Part shown: positions 19,247 through 29,500 of the stretch, piece after piece
Layout of the letters: each line of letters begins with the position of its first letter
How positions within the stretch are numbered: the stretch's first letter is position 1
Source: Prosthecobacter debontii
GTDB lineage: Bacteria; Verrucomicrobiota; Verrucomicrobiia; Verrucomicrobiales; Verrucomicrobiaceae
Direction: 5' to 3'
Length of the DNA: 64,000 nt
NCBI GenBank assembly: GCA_945860295.1
Contig: CAMAQH010000002.1
Span: 164,394 to 228,393 of the forward strand
Made by a program: the position numbers and the translations under genes
The notes under the pieces: generated by a model
What the model saw: only the letters and a program-made list of their open reading frames with translations
Databases searched by the model: none
What the model was told of the DNA's origin: nothing

Positions 19247-20464
19247 ATGAATATTACTCTCAGCATCGCAATCATCGCCCTCATCGTGTGGGCATGGTGG
19301 CGCGAGAAAATGTGGCGTAGCAGCGTTGAAAAAGTCACCCACGCGGCTGGGCTCAAGACCTTCGAGGCCGACAAGCTCGCTGCGCTTTTTGTTGGCCTTA
19401 AAGAGGCCAATCATGCGCTCGTCAAAGAAGAATACCTGCGCCGCTTGTTTGAGGCTTTACTCAACGAGATCCGCCAAGGTGTGGCTATCGTCGATGATGA
19501 GATGCGCATCAAATTCTCTAATCGCACGCTGGCGCACCTTTTTCAGAAGACTCGCATCCATCGCGGTCGCATGCTCATTGAGGAGCTTCAGGACCATCAA
19601 ATCACCGATGTCGTCCAAAGTGCGCTCAAAGAGCAACGCCGCATCGTGCGCGAGATCGAGCTTTCCAACAGTACTAGCCTGACGAGTCGCTATTACCTCA
19701 TCGAAGCCGCGCCCCTGCCTGCCAAGGCGGAAAGCGGTGCGTGGCTCATGGTGCATGACATCACCGAGCAAACGATGGCCGAGCAGATCCGCAAAGATTT
19801 CGTCGCCAATGCCTCCCACGAACTGCGCACTCCGCTGACACTCATCAATGGTTATGTTGAAACCCTGCAAAGCGGTGTGCTCAAGGACGCGGCCACCATC
19901 CAGCGCTGCTACGACGTCATGGAAAAACATGGCAAGCGCATCGTCCGCATCATTGAGGACATGCTCACCATCTCGAGGCTTGAGAATGGTAACTCGGCGC
20001 TAAACATCGAGCCCTTCACCGCCCGTGCCTGCATGCAGGACTCACTGGACCAGCTCGCCCCCATGCTTCAACAGCGTGATGCACGCATCGATCTCGACTT
20101 GCCGGCCGATGGCGGGCACATGCGCGGAGATCGTTTTTATTGGGATCAGGTCTTCAGCAATCTCATTGAAAACTCGCTCAAAGAGAACCCCAACCCAGGT
20201 CTCGTCATCAAGATCACGGGCAAGTGGTTCGCCGATCACATTCTACTCACCGTCAGTGACAACGGCATCGGCATCGCCACTCACGACCTGCCCTTTGTTT
20301 TCAAACGCTTCTACCGTGGTCACAAACACCACAGTCCGCAGATCAAAGGCACCGGCCTGGGCCTCAGCATCGTCCGCCGCGCCATTGAAGCCCACGGCGG
20401 AACCATCGGCCTCACTAGCACTCCCGGAGTTGAGACCACGTTCACGATGCGAGTGCCCGTTTAG
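19247..20464 (+). CDS. phoR: PhoR-like sensor histidine kinase
   Basis: N-terminal TM, PAS-like region, H-box DFVANASHELRTPLT, and N/G boxes (NLIENS, VSDNGIGI, GTGLGL). Confidence 0.8.
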   Translation: MNITLSIAIIALIVWAWWREKMWRSSVEKVTHAAGLKTFEADKLAALFVGLKEANHALVKEEYLRRLFEALLNEIRQGVAIVDDEMRIKFSNRTLAHLFQKTRIHRGRMLIEELQDHQITDVVQSALKEQRRIVREIELSNSTSLTSRYYLIEAAPLPAKAESGAWLMVHDITEQTMAEQIRKDFVANASHELRTPLTLINGYVETLQSGVLKDAATIQRCYDVMEKHGKRIVRIIEDMLTISRLENGNSALNIEPFTARACMQDSLDQLAPMLQQRDARIDLDLPADGGHMRGDRFYWDQVFSNLIENSLKENPNPGLVIKITGKWFADHILLTVSDNGIGIATHDLPFVFKRFYRGHKHHSPQIKGTGLGLSIVRRAIEAHGGTIGLTSTPGVETTFTMRVPV

Positions 20465-20501
20465 CCGCGCTGCAAACGCGCAATGACGAGCTACAAATAA
20501 T

Positions 20502-23500
20502 CTAGAGCTGCGCGGTGACTTTCTTTTTCTTTGTCTCATCGTCATCACTGCCACCACCATAACCTAGGATTTCGACGCTGATGACAGAGAGAGGCTTGGA
20601 TTCCCCTGATTTCTGCTGCTCACCTCCCTGAGGTTTAGCAGCAGCCGTATTGGTGGCAGCACCCGAGGAGGCCGCTGCTGCAAGGCCACCCATGCTTGGG
20701 GATGAAACAGACGGGGCGGATGGTGCGCCACTAGTACTTCCAGAGGCCTGAATATTGCCGGCATTGAGAACGACGCTAGCTGCGATGTTAAGATTCCCTG
20801 TAGCGCGAATACCAGCGTCACCCGCATCCACAGCACCGATCGGGGCAATCAGGTCGATATTGGAAGGCTTGAGAATACCGACTGTAGCCAGAGCCCCGAT
20901 ACCGCCCCCAGTCGCCAAGCCAGCTAGGTCAGTGGTGACATTGGCGCTTTGTGGATCAATCAACACACGCGTTGGAGGAGCCGATTGAACCGTTTTTGCG
21001 GATGAGCCCGCAGCAATGTCACCGGAGGATGACCAGATGCTGATATCGCCGCCTTTGAGGGTGAAGATTCGGGAAATCCCCAGATCAACGCTGTCATCAG
21101 TGAAGATGGAAATGTTTCCACCCGATTCAGTAACAATCCCTGGAGGTGCCAGTTGCTGACCAATCACCGTCGGTGAAAGGGCAAGTCCACCGTCTGTAGA
21201 GAGCAGCGTGATGTCACCACCACTGCGGGTGCGGATGTCACGGGCTTGGGTAAAGATGCCACCCGCAGACTTGGTAGGCAAGAGCGCTTTGACGGCATTG
21301 AAACCAGCTTCATAGGAGCGGAAATTGACACTGTCTGGGTTATTGTAATCACGCCCAGCATCCCTCAAGACAAGGTTGTAAACTGAGAGTGTCAGCTGCT
21401 TCTGTTGTTCCAGAGTCAGGAGCGGATCTTGGAGGTTAAGTCGTTTATTACCAGGCGTGATATCAAGCTCAATTGTGAGATCGTCCCGTAGAACCGTGAT
21501 CTTCGTGCTCTCGCCGACTTTCATTCCATAAGACAAGTAGCTGTCATCGTAATTTCCGTTCACCTCTTTGCCTGCGATTTTCAAAATGGTATCACCTGGC
21601 TGAATACCGGCCAATTGAGCAGCTCCACCAGAATTGACGGAACTGACTTGAATACCCTCAGCTTCAGTCTTCGAAGGATCCTGCGTCAAACCTAGAATGC
21701 CAACAGCCTCAGCGAGATAGCGCTCACCTCCTGGAACAGAGATAACCTGTGTGATGAATTGATTAAAGTTCGCTGCGCTGTCGCTCAGACCCACAGCAGC
21801 ATTGCCCATGCCTGCGGCAACGAAGATGTCGGAGCCTTCAAAAGGCAGATACGGATTACGGCCGTTGCCGATGCTGGTGATGCCCACGCCAGTCCCATCT
21901 GGATTGTTGGAACCGGTGCCGAGATCGATGTTACGTCCTGCTAGCACTTGGAGAGTACCAGGACCACTGATTTGAATATCCCCCGCCAACGGGTCTTCAC
22001 CCAAGCCAACAACATTTCCAAGGCTCCGCGAATTGACACGCTGTGGCGTATTCGCATTGTAGGCGATGAGGTCGCGCCCAGCGGAAACAAGAGAAAGATC
22101 ACTGGCGCGGTTGTTCTGCAAATACAGCGAGACATCTGAAACATCGAGACCGCCGATGACTCGAGCCGATTTGGCTGAAAAGACTGTCAGTCCATTGATG
22201 GATCCGCTGTTGGCATAAATATAGACCGGAGAAGTGTCGTCGGCATGCAGAAGGCCAGCTGCGTGGAGTGCCTGCTTGGCTTGAAGGGCTGCTTTTGATC
22301 CCGTTGTGGACCCAGTTTCTAGGAAAAGACTGTCAATTCCCGCCAGGAAATTGTCACGCGTGGCATTGGCCGAGGTCGATGTTCTTGATGGCATCAGATT
22401 CTGGTAGGCAAAGGGTGTGTTCAAACCTGGTATTGCGTCTGGATTGGCATCCGACAAATTGATCCGACCTGCGCCCCAAACCGTTTGCCTGACACCGTTA
22501 AGCGTCGTCGATCCATTAGCATTCAAGCCACTGATAGCGCCAGACACGAATAATTCTAAAGCACCTTGCGAAGAGGGTGACAAATTTAAACTTCCTATCA
22601 CACTTAAATCACCTGCGAAGGCCGTCACTCGCAGCGCACCTGGAAGCAAACTGGCGGAGGCAGTGAAAGGTCGCACACTGCTTTCGACCAGCTTCAACCA
22701 AGGTTGATAGAAAGAGGAGCTGGCACCACCATTCGCACCTGTACTGGCTCCGAGCAGTTGGTGATTTTGGTACCAAGCTTGGATAATTGGCACTGATGTG
22801 CCAACCGTTCCTGGGGAAGGAAGCGTGATGCTCGACCGCAAGGTCACGTCTCCGGCAAGGGAGGTAACATTGACACTACTATCTGCAGCATAAGTGGAGA
22901 AGTAAGTCTTGTACCAATAACTATTGCTGTAGCCTTGGGGTAACAAAGAGACATTGGCCACAGGACCTAAAAGCACATCACCTCGTGCATTGATATTGAA
23001 GCTACTTTTACCGGCAAATAGAGTTGTCGGCATCCAAGTTTGCTCTGCCAACAGACTTGGAGTTGTGAATGAACTAATATAATTGAGAGAGGCTGAGCGT
23101 GTGCTGTTGGTGCGGATGGAATCCCCCGCCGCAAGGGTGCCTGTGCCGCGCTCCACATAATAAACACCAGCATCAATGTTGCGGCCCGATCGCACGATCA
23201 AATCACCACCGCCAAGCTCGATGAGATTGTTCGCCTTCGGCGCGATGGCAGTGCCAAGACTGTCCTTGCCCTGCATCCGCGCATTGGTCGGCACCACGGC
23301 ATCGACATTGCTGATATCCCGACCAGCAATCAAGGTCACATTACCACCGCCCAAAGCTCCGACACTCTGGAAGAAATTGCTGAAGTCCACCCACCAACTG
23401 GTGGATGCAATGTCTGTGCTCAACGTTGTATGATAACGTGATCGGGCAAAGAAACCCGAAACAGGATCAACGGCACCACGACGATATAGCCAATTGGTCG

Positions 23501-26500
23501 GCAATTGCCGTCTGGACTCAGCAACCAATTGATTAGCTATGTTACGCGTCAATTGAGTGACATCTCCCTGGGCATTGATGGTGACATTGCCACCTGCCAT
23601 TGAGTATTGGGCTGGGTAACGTGGAGACTGCTGGTTTGCCCCAAGACTTCCAGCAGCTGAGGTTAGGGTGCTCATATCAGGACGCGGCACATCAAACGTG
23701 CCTCCCAACATTGCATTCTCCACAGCAGTCCCTGCGGTATAGATGGAGGCGAACACATTTAGAAACTGCACGTCCCTACCTGAGGCTATGTCGATGTTAC
23801 CAGACCCGGTTCGGATGACCTGGAAACGCCCCGTGGTGGCGGTGGGATTGACGACCAGAGCAGTGGTCGCGGTCGCCCCAGGAATCGTGGCAATGGCGGC
23901 CCCTGCATTGCGACCGATCTGAAGCGAGCCTTTGTCCGTCGCCAGCGCCGTCTGGGACTGTACCTGATGGAAATCCACGGCGTTAAAGTCCGAACCTGCC
24001 GCAAGCCGGTAGGACCAGGATTGCAGATTGGAGGGCAAGGATGCGTTGAAGGCTAGCAGCGCAGAGTTATAGGCACCGGTGGTGAAGCCATCGTTAAGAC
24101 TGTTAAAGAAGACCATATTGCCTGCCGCACGCATGGTGAGGATACCCGGCACGCTCTTGGGACCAAATCTGGCCGTAGCAAGATTCCAGTCACCAGCGGC
24201 AATGGTGGAGGTGTTCGTTCCCAGGGTCAGATCACCGGCGCGGTTGATGACTTCCGCTCCAGGCACAAGGAAGAACTGAGAGCGCAGACCATTGTTCGAG
24301 GCGAGGAGACGGTCGGTGATGGTGTTGGTGTTGCCAGTGAAGGTGGTGGCGTTTGAGGTGATGCTGGTCAGTGCCGCTGCATTGAGCGTGCCGCTTGTCG
24401 GAGTAAAAATCTTGTAGCCTTCAGCCGTGATCAGCGAGGCACCGGTAATCTGTGCGTTGATCGCGTTCATTTGCAGCTCATCGGCGGCGGCATTCTGCGG
24501 CGCGCGCAGATTCAGAGTGCCGGTGTTCAGGCCCCAAGCAGCACTGCCCGCGAAAGCGATGTCACCGTCACCAGACAAGGTGACGCTTATCGCGCCGATG
24601 AGGCTGGTGGGTGTGTTCGCCGCCAGATTGATCGTGCTGCCATTGGTCAGAGTGACAATACCAGCCTGGGTGGCCGTGATCGTGTCGTAACCGTTGAGAT
24701 TGGCAGGAACATTGATCGCGGTATTGGCGACGGCATTCAGCGTGCTGCCAGCGATGTTGGTCGCCACGGAAAGGTCGATTTGTGAGCCTGTTTGCAGATC
24801 AAGCAAGGCACTGGTGCTCAAAATGCCGTCACGCTGCGAGCCAGCCATGAGCGAGATGGAGCCACCCTTACCCGCCCGGTCAAATTTTTGCGCCGCTGCT
24901 GTGATGCTTGCCGTGCTGGTGAGGGTGACGCTTTCAGCGGCCTGCAAGGTCACGCTGCCACCGGTGACACCTGAGGCATTGATCAAGCCGGTCACCGTGA
25001 TGCCGCCACGGTCCGCAGAGAGATCGAAGACGTTGGCCGTGGTGGTGCCGTCCACGAGCACATCACCATTGAGCACACGAATGCTGCGTGAGCCATTCAA
25101 TCCGGCGTTGTTGAGGGTGGCACTGAGTGCTCCCAGTATCGGCAGATTACCAGCAGTGAGGACGAAGGAGCCAGCTTGTCCGCCGGTGCCTCCGGTGCCG
25201 CTCAGCGTGCCGCCCAAATTGAGCGTGCCAGTGGTGGTCGTGACGGCGAGTGTTCCTGCATTCCCAGCCGCCGCATTGGCGGCGATGTTCACAAAGCTGC
25301 CTGCAAGCAAGTTCACCGAGCCGCCAGAAGAAATCAGGTCGATGCGGCCACCGTCGGTGTACTTGATCTGATCAAAGAAAGTCTGTGCGGTTCCGCCGAC
25401 ATTGAGTTTGCCAGACACATCGAGATTTCCCGAGGTCGTTGCTAGCGTGAGCTTGCCGCTGGGCAGCACGATGTCGCTGCCGACGCTCATGGATGAAGCT
25501 GACAAACTCAGAGTGGCACCGAGTCCGCCGATGATCGGAGTGCCCGATGCAGCGGCTAGCGTCATGCTCCCGCCTGCACTGATGGCTTGTGCGGAGAAGG
25601 CATCGCCTGCGATGACGGGCGTCGTGGCGTTGAATGCTCCCTGGACGATGAGGCTGCCCGCACCCTGACCGAGGATGCCTTTGGAGGCGGTGACATTGAC
25701 GTTCGCAAATTGGTCGATCCTCAGCGTGTTCGCGCCGAGGCGTAGTGTGTCTGCCTGCAAAGCCAGGGTGCCGTTCATGCCCGTGACAGCCCCGGGAACA
25801 GTGCCTGAGGCAAAGTTGTCGAGCAGCAGGTTCTGAGCGGCGAGCGTCACGGTGCCGCCGCCGTTATTGAAGCCACGGAGTTCACCAGCACGCAGCGAAA
25901 GGGCGGTCGTCGTCAATGCTGATCCGATCTGGCCGGTGCCATAGAAGTCGATGGATGAATAGCTAAGCAAGGCCAGCGATTTGGTATTCTGGATACTCTG
26001 CAAGGCGGTGCCTGTCAGGACGAGTCCTGGGTTTGCCTCAAGCGCCCCCGGATTGGTCAACTGCAGACTGATGCGACTGCTGTTGATGTTTAGTGTCTGC
26101 CCGGCCAAGACTGCCGCAGGGTCGATATTCATGACACTTGTGGAGTCCAAGGTCAGGCTGGTGCCCGTGAGGTTCACGCCAGCGCCGATCGTCAAAGCAG
26201 GTCCAGCGGCGGTCGTCACGCCAGAGCGCAGCATTTGGGCACTGGCATCAGCAGACACGCGCAGCAGAGCGCCGTTCCCGCTAACTGAGAGCGTGTCCGC
26301 GGCAGATGCCAGCGTGCCAGTCTGGGTGATGGTGGCACCGGCATTGAGCGTGATATTGCCCGTCGCCGCGAGGATGAGTTCCGGCATGGCGAGCGGTGAC
26401 ACGGCGGAATTGGCCAAAGTGATATTAGTGGCACTCGTGGTGAGAAGTGTCCCTGCAGTGGTCGTGTTGCGCTGGCCGCCGATTAGGAGGCTGGAAGAAC

Positions 26501-29500
26501 CAAAGGCACTGAGCTGCCCGGCATCAAGCACGAGCACGCCAGAAGCGGCAGTCGTTCCGGTTGAAGCGATGAGAATGTCCGACGGGCTGCTGATGTCGAT
26601 GGCGGCACCACGTCCAATTTGCTCGATTTTAGTGACTCCATCCTTAGTGACCTCGATACTATAGCCACTGCCTCTGACCTGACCGAGTAATGTCATTTGA
26701 TTCACGGCCTGGAGCAGCAAGCGTCCAGCATCGACTGGCACAAGAGGTGCGGCCAGGTTCAGCGCAGCAGCGCGCTGCTTGAGGAAAGTGTTGGCCGAGT
26801 AATCTTCATAGTTCACGCGCTTGTCCACGACCGATCCAGGCGCCACCTCGAAGCTAGAGTAGAGCCCTGGGTTTTGCGCATTTGGATTGAGGGAGTTAAA
26901 CCGATATCCAGAGACTAGCGAAGCACCACCGGGTATGACCACTGAGCCTAATGGCTCGCCAGTTTTAGGTGTGACGAGAAACGCGCCACTGAGCAAAGCA
27001 TAACGAGCTGGCAACAACGTATAATTACCACTCTGTAAACCACTGCCTCCATTGAGATAAATGCGGTCGCCTGCATGCAAGGTGCTGTTTCGATAACCTG
27101 ACTGTGAACTAGCCAGGTTCAACGTACTGTTGGTCTCATTGAAACGTCCAAAGGGCGCATAATCCGCCGTATAATTCGGCAAGATGGCAAAGCTGCCTTC
27201 ACTCTCAAGAATATCCAACGTGCCTCCGGTGCCCTTCAGCCAGCGGAAGGCATACAAGTCACCGCCACCACGCAGATCAACCACTGAATTAGCTTCCGAA
27301 TTGATGCTCAGTGCTGAAGTATTCACTGCTTTTACAGCTAAACCACCACCCGAGATATCGACACCTTGGGGATCAATCCAGTTTAAACCATCGCTGCTGA
27401 ATCCATAAGGTATCACAATGCCAAGTCCCGTGATCGGATCGATCTGAGACACAGAGGTGCGGCTACCAGTGAGCATGTTTAAATTCGCCGTCGTTGGCAA
27501 AGAAACACCTCCTTGAATGCCCGCTCCAGAGAGTAGATCCAGGGGACTAGCACCTCGGCCATCCCAGCCAAGATTGATGATCCCTGCTGGAGCAACAAGA
27601 GTGCCGCCTTGATTGATCGTATGGGCATAGACATTCAGCGTGCCCCCAGCAGATAGCGGCAGGCCGCGCACACCCGAAGACTCAAAGGTAATCGAACCAC
27701 GCTGCTGACCTGAACCATTCGTATAATCATAGGCCGCTATGGTAAACGTTGAAGCGGTCGGCGTGTAAATTTGACCGGCACGCATGATGATGTCTCCAGC
27801 AATATTCAAACTACCACTGCCGCGAATGTCGCCGTTATTTGCCACGAACTCTGCGCTTCCAGTATTTTGCAATGACAGGAAGCCGATATCAATGGTTCCT
27901 GCGTTGACATTCAAACTTCCTGCGCCGTGCGCTGGACTAACAAAAAATGGACTGCCTTGGGTGAAGGCATAAATCTCGTCCTGCTGAGACTGCATTGGCA
28001 CGCGAAAAGCCTGACCTAAGCTCACGTAAGTAGCATTCAAACTCACTGCCGCATCTGAAGTGAAAATGCCACCCGTAGCCACATGCAGACTTGCCGCAGC
28101 TGACAATGTCACAGGACCTGAGAACTGCACGTTCCCACGGAGCGTCAGTGAATCGAATCCCCCATTCGTGAAACTGTTCGCCTTGAAATAACCCTGAGAG
28201 ATTACCGCAGCCCCACCTGAATCACGCACTACTCGTCCTATGGCATTGCCGCCCGCTGAATAAATGGGCGCTGGGATTGAGAGCGTATTTTGAGTAACCC
28301 ATAGATCGATGTCGTTCGGTGAACTGCCAATGCCAGGTAAATAAAAGCGTCCCGAGGATACCTCCAGGGTTCCACCAGCTGCGTTGCTTCCGCCCCGCTC
28401 AGCACTGAGCAAAGCATCGACAAAGAGCATTTGACCACCTTTGAGGGTAATGGTTCCGCCTTGGCTGTCTAATTTTACCGGCGTGCTAACAGCCCCATTA
28501 TATATGGGCGTCGTTGAGCCACTCGTTACGGGAATCGAAAAAGCTCCATTGAGGAACCCAGCTTCTCCTGGGGTTAAATCTAGGGTACCACTGGTTCCTG
28601 ATGCATCCAAGACAGCACCTATCTCGGCTACGATATTCCCACTCACATTGATCGTTCCACCTGCTAAAACGCTACCTTTCCGCAGACCAAACGCATTGGG
28701 CAATAGAAGGGTCTTACCAGCCGTCGAAAGAAGACTGGTCGGCGCAAGATTGACCGTTACAAAAGCATTCATTGGCACGTCATCAAACGAAGCAAACCTA
28801 TTTGCACCTGAAATTGAAATGGCACCGCCAGGCGAAATCACGGTTCCTGCCACTGCCACGGTCTCTCCTTCAAAATTGACGGCACCTAAAGCATCCGTTT
28901 TGATAACGGCATCTTTCTCCATGATGATCTCTCCACGCACTACTAGCTTAGAAGCAAACTGATCAAGCACGCCTGTAGCTTTAAAGTTCAATGAGACTGT
29001 ATTACGCAAGCCTTCCTGTCGGGTGAAAACTTTTAGCAAGGAGCTCTGATCCTGAGGCGTCGGATTCAATTCCCAACCTTTCACAATAGGAGTGATTTGT
29101 GTGCCTGCCGAAATCAAGATCGCAGGGGAAAATTCACCCAATACAAGCGTGGGCCGACCAAGACCAGCCATCGTAAACGAGCTGAACCCCCCCTGATTAA
29201 AGAAGTCGGGTGTAAGCAGCAGGGTTTCTGCATTCGTTGCAGTTCCTCCAACCTGAATCGCCGGAGCTTGGATCGTAAGCGCTCCACCTTGAGCTCCCGA
29301 AAATCCACGCAGCTCAGCACCCAACGTTAAACCACCGCCAAGGACCCCTAGCACATTCACATCCTGACCAGATTTGAGACTCATCGTTCCTGCATCTCCA
29401 TAGGTCACTACAGGCGAGTTTTTGAGCCGGGCTCCGCCGGAAACATCCAGAATCCCACCTGCAGCAAGGGTCACTCCCATCGCGTTGATGGAGATATTAC

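Noticed and set aside
24427-26664. Several long plus-strand ORFs inside the haemagglutinin gene
   Set aside because: Antisense shadows expected in a GC-rich coding block; used only as a compositional clue.
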